NCBI GenBank assembly: GCA_030704615.1
Contig: CM060733.1
Coordinates: 60,946,001 to 61,010,000, forward strand
Length of the DNA: 64,000 nucleotides
From: Takakia lepidozioides
Taxonomy: Eukaryota > Plantae > Bryophyta
Direction of reading: 5' to 3'
Below are positions 38,412 through 50,192 of this stretch, one piece after another (the stretch's first letter is position 1; every line of letters begins with the position of its first letter). The translations under genes and the position numbers were made by a program. The notes beneath the pieces were generated by a model, which was not told where the DNA came from, did no database searches, and was given only the letters and a program-made list of their open reading frames with translations.

Positions 38412-38972
38412 TTATTGGCTGGGTGGGGCACGCCAAGAATGCCTGGCCGAGGGTGAAAAGCAAGCAAAGCGCAAAAGGATAAAGTAGAGGCCAAGTTTGG
38501 CGCTTCTTCTACTAGTTTTCTTTTGTATGGGTGCAACTCCCGCTATGAATGCCTGGGATGCTTTCGACCTTGCTTTAGACCTTGCTCCTTCCTCTTTTGG
38601 ATTTGCGAGACTCTTTCTTCCTTCTCGGTACTGTTTTGTTTGCTCGCTTATTTCGGAAGACAGGTTCCCTATTGCCTTTTGCTTGCTTTCTAAGAATCCT
38701 TTTGGGTTCTCAGAAACATACCTCCATTTGTACTCATCCTTCAGCGACTTCTAGTTACAAGAAATGGGGTTGGTCATCTTGCACTGTAGCTATCCTACTT
38801 TGCTGCATGTGTAGCACAGTTTGAATGAATGGGTGAAAGTCTATCCATCCACTTTTGGTGACAAGGACATAAAGAAAGCAATAAGTACCAAAATGAAGAC
38901 TGTTGGAAAGGAATTTGAAGGACTGGTTGCCGTTTGTCTTTTAGGGTTATTGGGTCTTTTGAGATGGATCAT
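38412..38972 (-). pseudogene. Decayed ORF, possible secreted or membrane-anchored protein
   Basis: ATG at 38972 to TAA at 38412 is 187 codons with three internal stops, all TAG. It has a hydrophobic segment VFILVLIAFFMSL followed by four Cys and a basic tail. Confidence 0.3.
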
Positions 38973-41900
38973 TAATCTGATTGGGAGCAATTCAAAAGCT
39001 CAACTCAAAATGGAAAGCAAAGAATTTCTTGGGCCCCAAACAACGATATAATCGTCCCTCTAAATTGTTGGACGGATAATAAATCTGATGATTGATGCAC
39101 TTACTTCAAACTCACAATGTGCAATTTCAAGCCTCTTCACTGCCTCAATGAATTGGAAATAGATGAAACTTAAGAAAGGAAAGGAAATCTTTGCCAAATA
39201 TACATTCAACCGTAATAACAACTAATTCAAAGTGGCCAACTAATGATCCTCTCTAGAACCCACATTTAGTGCCACACTGCAAAATATTAAACTAATGGGA
39301 GAACGTGGTCCCTAAAGGGGAAAAGACAAAGAGGCTCACATTCCCAAATGCAAAGAAAGGCTGGGCTATGAAAGTTTCAAGGTACAAACTGCAAGTTTGT
39401 AAGAGCACATTCAACCTGAAGCAGAGAGAGATACTTAGAGATAGAAGCGGAGAGAGATAGAGATACAAGTGCTGTGACTTGGGTTTCTAGCAAAATCACC
39501 CTTGACAGCCGACCAACGCTTATTCCCCAAATCTGACTAATCTTTATAGCGACGGCGCGCAGATTTGAGCTTCATAACTGAGTGTTTATAGCCCCTCATC
39601 ACTCTTTGCTATTTTTAACAGGCACATGTTTGCTTTCAGGTGACCCAATAACCCGCCTTAAGTGGCGAGTTTAATGCGACCTGTAAGTGGGATTAAGAGT
39701 GTGTACTTAGTCTCTGGGTTTGAGTTGGCCGAAGAGTTGGATGTTTGTTAAATGATTGCTAGTCTGCAGACTGTTTGATTGGAAGTGGTTTGCTGTTTTA
39801 GATTGTCTGATTTGATTGTAATTCTGAACTCATGCACTCGGGATCCAAGCAGTTTCACCTTATTTCTATCATTTGGCACTCATTCGAGATCATCTTAGTG
39901 AAAAAAAATGGTGTCAATTTTCTGCTTAGCCATGTAAGTTCCCTACGGAAATTTTCAGACATGGGATTTGTTGTTCCACTACACTCTCATGATGAGCTAG
40001 CTATCCCCACCAAAGATCTGGGCAAAGTGTCCAAAACATGAACAAAGAAGAGGCTAAAGGGACGATTCCATCATGCCTGAGGAGCCTGAGGAGCCTGAGG
40101 AGAAAGTTGACTGTGAGGGGTGACTCTGGCTTCTTGCCAGGTTGTTGAACATTACTCTTGGATACCTACAAAAATGAAGTGCTGGCTACGGATGAAGCAA
40201 CAAAAAGTTCCGTGTATGTTGGACAGGTGATAGGTCATGTCGTGGATAATCATTGTTACACTCTAAGGGCTGCAATCTAGTATCCTGCATAAAATGTTGG
40301 AAAATAAAATGTTGTCAGCTCTTGATCCCAAAATCAAGAGTTGCTAATTGGAGCAATACAGACATTTAGGCAAGCTATGAGATCAAAAGTTGCTTAACAA
40401 TTCGGACAATGCATTTATCACGCTCTCATGCGTTGGCCCTTTCTTTAGGAACAAGTTCAGACAGCAGCGTATTAGTGCCTGTGCATGATGGCACTCACTA
40501 AAACGGAGCAACACATGTAGGAATGCAGACAAAAGGAGATTATTTATGTGGCTAGTGGTCCTTCAAAGCTAGAGGGTACTCGCTTTAAGAGCCCCTTAAA
40601 GAAGCCATCAGTAAGTTACATTTCCAAGGCAGCCGGCAGCAAACTCAAGTCAGGGAGCTTTCAAGGCCATCACCCACTTGGAACCCCTCTCCTTAAATGC
40701 CATCCTTGTCCCTCCTCCTGCTTTTGGCCCTTTACTTGCTTGGTCCTTCCATTTTCCCTCCCAATGCACTCAACAGCGCTCCTCTTACTTCGTTCACCAG
40801 CTCACAATTAACCTGTCGCTGACAGCAGCATCCTCCTTGACAAAATATCAAGAGGGAGGCTGTAGGCAAGAATTGTGCTTTTCGGGTCTTCTTGTAATGG
40901 CATATATACATGTGCTGGGAAAGGACTTTTAAGCGTTGAAATACAGTCATCAGAAGCTGCAAAGTCCCGACGCCCAAGATGATGTAGATGCCATAAAGCT
41001 GACTTGGTGGACACAGTAACTAACAGGATATATGACAGGTGGTGAGTGGGTTGGAAGTTGGGTTGCATCTGTGAGAGAGAGAGCGAGGGAGAGGGTTGAT
41101 AATTTAAGACTTAAGTTGAAGCTCCGCACGCGTGATCGTCCGTCAATGATCCCTCGCACGGCTGCCCGGTCTGGGCACCCGTGCTGTCAGGCGGGGTGGT
41201 GAAGGCATTGAAGCGCCCGCTTTCCACGCCTGCCACTGCCGCCGTGTACGCAGCGGCCGGGTGTTGCATGGCCACGGCCGCGCCCTTGCGCCCCTTGCTG
41301 ACGCCACCCTCACGGCCGAGGCCTTTTACTGCCTTTTATTCCGTGGCTGCTGTGGGTGATCCGAGTGTGGGAAGAAGTTGGCAGTGGCAGAAGTGAAGGA
41401 GGGTTTGGCAAGGGAACGGAGGTAGTTGCCCCCTCATGACGGGGGGATGACAGTGGCCGTGGGAAAACATGGAACAGCAGCGCTGCACGTACATGCAAAT
41501 CCACATGGTTTGTTTTGGATTCAACTCTCGGTGTCACGTCCTCTCTGATCTCTCTACAACGGAACGTTGGTGATTAAAGGCTGGAGCCTGGAGGTTAATG
41601 TCTTAGATGGAGGCAGCCGCGCTGAGTCCTTCATCCTTATGTGATAATGTAAACCTAAGAAGGGCTTCTAATAAGAGCAATCTGGAAGCTAATCTTAGAA
41701 GTGATTACTACACTCGAGCTACAACAGCTCACATGGCTTCGGTCCCTTTTGGCATAGAATCTTAGAGTAAGATCTAATCTTAGAAGTAGTTAATATTAAA
41801 GGGGTCTTTGATATCTTACCATCGATCTGGTAAAAGAGAGTCTAGAGAAAGTTCCGAATTGTTTTTGATTCAATTTGTGCTGTCAACTTTTTAGTTGTTC

Positions 41901-44900
41901 AAGAAGAATTTCTCTTTGGGTTCTAGAGTAATGGCCAAAATTTAAAGCAGCCCGACCGGTATACAATCTACAATCTGCAGCATGCGATCAAGGCAACAAA
42001 GAGGGGTGAGTCGACTCATGACATGATTCTACACACTGCAACAAAGAGAGATTCATGACATGATGATACAACCAAAGAGGAGGAGGGTACGTGAATTGAT
42101 GAAGGCTTGCACAATCGTGGCCATATTTGGTGATCATGCAGTTTGTCGGCACCGTCTAACTATCAGCCGCTGTCGTGCTCACCACCATCCATGACCTTAG
42201 CTATGGCTTGTGTACCTCAGCTTAGCTAGGTACTCTTTTGGCTGTTTTCCTCCTGCTAAAGTGGGTACTAGCAAATATTCTCAAACTTGTACTCTCCTTC
42301 TTCACCTCTCCAGTCCACAGGTGTGGGATCATGAAGCACTGGATGTGCGAGTGAAAAAGGGCCCCACCGCAATACGAGGCTGGAATTTTGCAACTTGGGG
42401 GTACAATGTGAAGGCTGCAATAAAGAGAAGAGCATGGGTGATGATCCACATCACTCAATTGCGCTTACGTTCAGCAATTTGACCACCGTCCAGACAAATG
42501 ATTACTACTGTGCAGGTATAGATAGGGCTTCCCATGATTCATGAAGATGGGTTTAGGATTTGATGGCCCCACACCGTCTACCGAGCATACCGGACTCCAC
42601 CAGAATCCACCCAACCGCAAAAAACTTAATAACTGTTCGGGTGCGACACACTCAATAAGCATCGATCGATTCACGTTTCGTAAAATAGACATGCTTCCCC
42701 CAAAGCAAATTATACATGGGGTGTGTGTGCGCTAGGTGCAGATGGACGACGAGGATGCACGTCGGCGTTGGGAACGTGCGCCGTGTGGGGGACTCCTTGT
42801 GCTAACGTCTCGCTCGGCTCGCTTCGGATTTTGCAAAGGCCCCCGAGTCTTTAGTTGCATTCAGGCATTCAAGTCCTGCATTTCTGTGTGGGGGTGTGCG
42901 TTCTGCGTTCGTCTTTCCACGTTGTGGCCATAATGTGTTGGGAGCCGAGCCTCATGTATGGGCCGCTTTGCCACTCTGTGAAGATTTGATGGCTACTTTA
43001 GTAATGGTGTTGATGAGAGAGTCTAGGCTAGCACTTGCAAACAAGGCGCCCGAAATGAGCATGAGCGACATGAATTGAATTGAAGGAACGGAATTACAAC
43101 AAAGAGAAAAGCTAGTTTGGCTTTAATAAGGAGGTAAGGACCGACTTGGGTGCCTTTTTCCGCCAGGGGCCCCCAGCCTTTATTTCATCTCTTTTCGTGG
43201 GGGGTTGGTCCCTCTCCATCTCCATGTGTGGCGAGGTGAGCCAACGGAGCCCAAAAGAAAAGACGTAGGTAGAGTGGTCATTAAATGGGGAGATGGGTCT
43301 AAGAAATGGGATCGGGCGCGGTCCCAAAAATCAACCACCAAAGCTACTACCTATTTGATTCTGACCTGACTGGTGAGAGAAAGTTCCGAAAGGAGACAAA
43401 CTAGAATACCCTGGATTCTTCTCTAGTTTCTAGAAAGGGGCGGCAGAGGCTGGAGCCAAAAGAAAACGAACACCTAGATAACCTAGCCCAGCGCTTTTTG
43501 GGTTTCCGTCTCTGACCCAGCAAGAGTTGGGGAGAGAGAAGATTTGACCAAAAGCAACAAACGACAGAACTGTGGAGTAATCACATCGTCTCTGACTCTA
43601 ATAATCACCAATCTCTGACTTTGCACCACACACGCTGTGACCCGGAATAGCCAATGAAACCAGCCAACAGCAACTGATCTGGAGGCTAATCTCCATCTTA
43701 GCCAGCGCAGACTCCAACGCTAGTGTGCTTAGCGTTGTAGCTTCATCCAGGGATCTGGCAGGAAGCAATCACGGACTTTGTGTACTGTGGGCCACATTGA
43801 AGGCGGTAATAATAGGGCCCTAAGTGCTCCTTGTATTGCAATAACCACTTCCTTTATTGCACTCCTGCCCCTATGGACCTTTGACCGCTGGCCTTTACTT
43901 CTCAGATTCCCGGCAACTGCACCTTCCTTTTTTGCGCACGGACGCACTCAAGCTTTCACCGTCACCTCCGCTTTGCCATCGCTTCACGTTATCGAAAACT
44001 TTGTTTTTCTTCACTATGCGTGCATACACTCTACGAGTACAAATGGACTGATGATAAGCAGGTGAAACTGATGCATTGGGTTCATTCACAACTTTGTTAG
44101 CTACCTGAAAGTGGTTCAATCTGTTCCAACCTGAAAATATCTACCATCATATACAATATAACAATTCAGGCTGGGCAAATCCTGAGTGGTCAAATCATGT
44201 CATCTGGTCTTGAAAACATCCTAACATCACGTAATAAGCCCAGTAATCAGACTCTTTATTAAGACGAACACTCCGATCCAAAGGGTAGAGTTGAATTGAT
44301 GATTCCCTTCCTGCAAGCTACCCACCTCTCACCAGTGAAAGGTGAATCTAGCTAGGGACTTTAACATGGATAGGTGGTTTCACTTACTCCACTTTAAACA
44401 AGGTGAAAACTAGAGGCAGCACCATGACCCATGGGGGCCACAGAAGCAATGAAACCCACGGAAGCTTTCATTAATGGTCGCATTCAATTCCATCCTTTGG
44501 CGCGCCCAAGCTCAAAATCATAGGCAAAAGCTGAGAGTAGGGTAGGCCAAGCGGCAGCCCCAATTCCAGCCAGCTATGGTGGCCCTGTCAGACTGCCTTC
44601 TGGGCCTCCACTTCAACCCGCTCTCGTGGCTTCAATTTGTCAGCATCCTCCACAACAATCTTCAAGTTAGCCAGCCAGTCGGACCTTCTTCCAGTTCTCG
44701 TGTCAGAACAGTTCAATTTAGCAAACAAGGGGGCCCCTTCTACAATCCTTCAGTCCACTCCATGTGTGTGTCTCTGGGACGAAGCCAAAAATGGGAAGAT
44801 TGGCGGTTGCCAGAGTGCACAGTATAAAGACCTTCACGTGACCGTAGGTGGGACTTTCATCCTCCATTTATTCATCCATTCAATGCTCCCACACCCCCCC

Positions 44901-47150
44901 CTTCCCATCCGCGAGTGGTAGACCACTCCGGCCGCATCCCTCCCTTCCTCTCCAAATGATGGAACAATTCCCTACCTCCATGTATTTTGCGGGGCGCGGC
45001 CGGGCTAACATTATTTGGATTCGGATTCCAATTTCCGAACCAAAAAATGTAATTGCAACATGCGCACCTACTGTGGGTCCGGGCAATCGCCCGCGTGTGT
45101 GGCATCTACATCTACATTTTGTACATTGCTGGACGGATTTGGGACACATGGTGCAGGCGGTTTTTCATTCCTTCATCCTTCCCAAGTGGGTCCGGCCGCA
45201 TGGATGGATGTGTGGCCCCACCTGGTTGATGGACAAGCTCCAAAGCCCCATTAATGTTCCCAACTCTTTAATTCATATCTTATTATATTCTTCCTTTGAA
45301 GAAGGATAATTTTTTTGGTAATTGAGTCCAATGTATAGTCTATGGACGCAATTCCCAAACCGCTCACGACTTACTTACCCATAGCGACCCGCAATAAGTT
45401 AGTGTTGAGTGCGGTGGCGCCCTGCGGTTGAGCGAACGAGCATCAAACCCCATGGCATGATTTTCTCCCATTGTCATCCGCAACAACGCACATGAATATA
45501 ATTGAATATCACCAATATTTTACACCACTCATACGCAATTATCTGCTATTATTGCGGTTTGTTTTTTCGATTATCGATAAGAGACGGAAAGCATGCAAAT
45601 AAACAGAGGAGCAAAGGGGGATGAAAAGCTTAAAGAGGGTGGCAATGGAGGGCAGGCAGAGTGTAGGCAGTGCGGTCAACGACCGCACGGTCGCTCCCTG
45701 TGTTTAATGCCTGGGCCCCACTGACCGCTCGATCTCCATCCGACGCTGGGGACCACCCGATCATCTCTTTATCTGCGGGGAGACAGTTGGCGACCATCGG
45801 TCGGTGGCCCTCGTCCGCTCCCCTGTACCTCGGCGTCCGTTTAGCCGCAGGGTATTGAAAAGGTGTTGACCGCTGTACAAAAGGTCGACCTTGACACCCA
45901 CGTTATCATCCTCTGTACTCTGTTCCCGACCATTGGGAGCGGATAGGGAGAGGCGTGCTTCATGTTCTGGTTGCGACCAGTCGGGCCCCTACATTGAGTG
46001 ACATGTCGAGGAAACATTATTCATGTCTCTAGTGGAAAACGACGGAAATAAGGCACCGCATTTGATTTATGTCCGTCGTCTCTCTTTTCGCAGAAAATCC
46101 CAAGTTCTCACCCACCGGAGAAAGAAACATAACGTTTTTCTCACGCACGTGACGACGATTATCTTCCAGGTTGGTCGACGGTAGTGAATATCATCTCCGC
46201 CATCATCACGTCCAATGATGAAAGTTATTTTCATCTCCCATAACATATGGGAAAATTTGTTACCCAAAATGATGAAGCTATTATTCTTCTAGTTCAACAA
46301 ACCCTGCGATAATAAATCAGTCCATGCGCCCTATGCCCATCCCATTCGCGAGCCCAGGCATTCCCATCATCACCACCATCATTGGCGACCTGACCCATGA
46401 TTCAGGGATGATGCACGGATGTGGATGACAAACGTTCGTCCTCTCGGTCGATGATTTGTAGTCTCCCGAGACGCTCGACTCTGCGCACGAAGATATCCGG
46501 TTCCCAAACATTCCGTTTCCCACGGTCGCGGCCTAATTTGGGCAATTCCGGAGTGACTGGGATTTTCACACCGGCAGCTTTTGACACCCGCAGGGAAACA
46601 GTTGGCGGCGCCCACCGGCGGCTCCCCGCGTGGAGCCAGCCGGGCTACCGACATGGCCGGTCGACCCGCTAACCTTGACCTAACCGGCGGGTGGTAAAAG
46701 CTTCGAGGGGTGACCCGAATTTCGCCGTGTGTCGCCAAGTTGGAGACTCATAACTAGCGACATGCTCGCCAAAATAGCGGTCAAACGAGCGGGCGTGAAC
46801 GGGGCGTAATGAGGCGGCGTTAATAGGACGCAGGAGGGCTGTCGACCCCCATTACACGCCGTGTACGCGTTCTTAAATCCCCTTAAATTCTGCTCGGTAC
46901 CCCCCCTGAGAACGATCCCAGGGTGTTTATTCGATACCAGGGATCTGAAAGTTAATATGGCGCATATTAATGGGTCGCGGTACAGAAAAACACCCGCTGA
47001 TGCCGCAGTTAGGGCTCCCCGCGAGAGTGTCCCTCCGAATGGCGGAGGCGCATAAAAGGCGATAATCGTGCCAGAATGCGGAGTAATGAGCCCAATAATC
47101 CGGGTGGCCCGACGATGGCGAGGGCGGACCGGAGAGAGGAGAGGAGAGGA

Positions 47151-47167
47151 GGGGGGGGGGGGGGGGG
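47151..47167. repeat. G17 homopolymer in the upstream region of the CFL1-like gene
   Basis: 17 consecutive G preceded by a GA-rich tract. Confidence 0.9.
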
Positions 47168-48263
47168 TTGAATGCGCTGACACGGCCAGCGTCGGAGTTA
47201 GTGGCGCTTCAATGGCGCCTGCCACCGTCGAGACCTGGTCCCCACCGGCGGCAGCCGGTGGTCCCGAGGTTACTTGTCGGGCGATTGCCCGGCACGTTCG
47301 AAGTGCGAGGGCATGACACGTACCCGGATACCGGATTCCACGGTCATTACACAGCCCGCGTGCCTTGCGCCGGTGGACTTTTTCGGCACCGGCGCGGGTG
47401 GCCGACGACTCATCGTGGTGCGCGGAAGGTGACGGGCTCGATTCTGGATACTCGGTGTTTTCCGTCGAGGTTATGAACGTGTGGGGGTGTATTTAGGTGA
47501 TGGTGAATAGTGAATGATGGGCGGGGTAGAAGGCATTATTAAATGGCGCATTGAAGGCCCATAAACTATGCCGCATGGGTCGTTGAGCACGAATATCGCA
47601 TCTCTTTCCCGGCAGGGGAAGTCCCCGGCGGCGACGCGCGTTTCCGACCCGCGCCGAGCCTTGTTCGTCCGGGCGACCCGGGCTCTTCCGAGGCTCGGGG
47701 ATGAGGCTCGGGTTGCGAGGCTGCGGCTGGTTCGGCGCCGTCTTTGGTGAGGTGGGCAGCGAGGTGAAGAGGGGGGGCTTTTCACTGCTTCCCCGCTTCT
47801 TCTTCTTTCTCTCGCTCGCTGGGCTGACGAGAGGCTCCCGGCGCGCTTTCACTGTTGCCTCTACGCTGTGCGAGCACCTCGCTCATATGTAGTAATCGCA
47901 GGTGGATTCCTAGTTACAGTTTCGAGTGTCTTTGAGCTGATGCTTTGCCTTCTTACTCTCTCTCTCTCTGTCTCTCTCTTTTGCTCTCTCAGTCTCTGGC
48001 GCTCAACTGGGTGAGTAGAAGGAGCGGACTTCCATCTCACTCAAGTGTTGGTCTGGAATCTCGTTCCAGTTTGTTGATCTGTCCTACCCCTTGTCCTGCG
48101 TCAACAGGCAGAAGTTTGAGCTATCGGCTCTCTCTTGTCTCTTCGACGCGTTGGGATCATACTTTCTTTCCGTCATCTTTCGGTGTTGTAGTTGGACTGG
48201 CCGGAGTAACTTGTTGTTGCAATCGCGTGTTCCCCCCATCATACGCGGCCGCGAGGCTTGTCT

Positions 48264-50192
48264 ATGGCAGTCGCTATGGAAGTAGCCTGGAGGGGTTCAG
48301 AGCTGGGTAGTCCCGTGTTTGATATGAAGAAAAAGCGTGCTTGGGGGGCGGATGCCCAGAAAGTAGTGCAGCTCATGATGGGTCAGTTACAGTCTGAGAG
48401 CAAACCTGTGGAAGTGACGCTAGATTTGCTTGGGAAGGCTGATCCCTCTACTACGCGAGTGGAATCCGAAAACCTCGGCATTTCTGAGTTTTTGGAGCTG
48501 GATCCTGATCAGCCGCTTCCATCTGGCTGGGAGAAATGCCTTGATCTGAAGGTGTTGCACTCTCACTCTCCCGCTCCCTATTCTACATCCTCCTCGTCTC
48601 ACGCCAGCCTTTGTTCAGATTTCTTCGGTACTGTGAATTGACTTAGCAACGTCAATTCTAGCTCGTGCGCATGACTTGCGAATTAGGATGATTGAACATT
48701 CAATGTTGCAAAAGTCGGGAAACTAACTCATCTAGTTGGAAAAGATGTAGACTTTGTGAAACTTTAAGAGTCTGATCCTGCGCTGCATGGGAACTTCACT
48801 TGGAGTAAAGCCTGGACAAGGTCGGAAATAGTGGGGGAGGGGGGGATTTTGTATGTAACTGTCCAGAGCATGCTTCGATTTTGAGAAGACAAGGCTTTCC
48901 CTGAGTGCAACTGTGTGGGGTGGATCTGTGAAGAAGTATCGGACAGTGCGACGTGAATTCACAGAAGTGCATGAAATTGAATCGTTTTTGGAAATGTGTA
49001 ATGTAATTCTAACACCATTCTAACTCGTTTTTTCTGGCCGGATACAGGCTGGAAAGGTGTACTTCGTGAACAAAAGTATGGGGATCAGCACTAACGATGA
49101 TCCTCGCAAGCAACAACACCCTGCAGTTGAGCTAGCATCTCCGTCTCCCCTCGCCCATGAGTTTCTTGGGAGCAAAAAGTCCGAGACACTTCGTGAGGAG
49201 AGTTTGAAAGCCTCGTCCTCTTCTTCGTCCGGTGGGACTCCGCAAGGAAGTAAGGAGCCTCAAATGCTTTCTTTCTCCACAGGCACGCAGCTTTGGAAGT
49301 TGCAGCTAGCAGATGATATGAAAGTGAGCCTAGTTACGGATGCACTCGAAGAAGAGGAGGAGGGTTCAAACTTGGAGCTCAATCTCAACCTGGCAGCGGG
49401 TCCTTCTCAACAGCAGCAAGAGCAAAGTGTGTGCACAGTGGAGATGGTACAAAAAGCGCTTCGACGCACCGAAAAGGCCATGGGAAAGAGAGAAATGCCA
49501 GTGAAGAAGGAACCCAAGCACTCCGGATCGTCGTCTTTCTCATCTCTCACATCTGCTAGGTCTGAGCCTTCTTGGTCACACGCGTCTCCATCCACCAGCA
49601 GCTCGTCGTCCACTTCCTCACGGTCGTCACTGCTGGCTGGATTCCAGGGGCCGGGTCTGGAAGACTTGCGAGGCCGCAAGACTGGAATTCCAGGGTACGT
49701 TCTAATCGAGTGTCACAGACCTTTCTTGGCTACATCCCTTCCTGCATTTTTTAATTGCACTTCCCGGCAGTTGAATTAATTCTCGAGCGCGCACATGCGT
49801 TTTGAAGTACTACTGCTTTGTCTTGCTTGTACTTTCCAGAGCATGTACATAGGATTTTTGTCATGCCCAGGCTGATGTAGATGGATGCTTACCGGTTAGA
49901 AAGTTGATCGAATTTCCCGCACATGTTGACTGGGTGAATCGATGTGGAAGTTTTTTTCTGACGTTAGACTGTTTTTGTTGCTGTATCCAGTGGGTGCGAG
50001 GCTGAGAGCAAGAAGTCAGAGACCACAAACTCGTTGGTCATGGGAGCGTGCACCCGATGCCTCATGTACTGCATGCTCTTCAAGAGTGATCCTAGATGCC
50101 CTCGCTGCGGGAGTGACGCGCCTCTTGATTTTGGGGCTCCTCCTTCCAAACGTCAAAGATTTGAACTCGATGGGTTGGAGCAGAGGAGCTGA
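48264..50192 (+). CDS. CFL1: CURLY FLAG LEAF1-like WW-domain protein (3 exons, 378 aa)
   Basis: Exons 48264-48551, 49048-49694 and 49991-50192, with GT-AG introns and consistent phases. Spliced WW domain LPSGWEKCLDLK/AGKVYFVNKSMGISTNDDPR, EAR-like LELNLNL, SVCTVEMVQKAL block, Ser-rich linker, and C-terminal VMGACTRCLMYCML..PRCPRC motif. Confidence 0.9.

Noticed and set aside
40660-41068. CLE-like peptide precursor on the minus strand (RRGVPSG)
   Set aside because: The motif is cut by a stop before PxPLHN, the frame has internal stops, and there is no good signal peptide.
44800-47900. Many 60-180 aa ORFs upstream of CFL1
   Set aside because: Overlapping on both strands in GC-rich sequence with no domain motifs; expected by chance.
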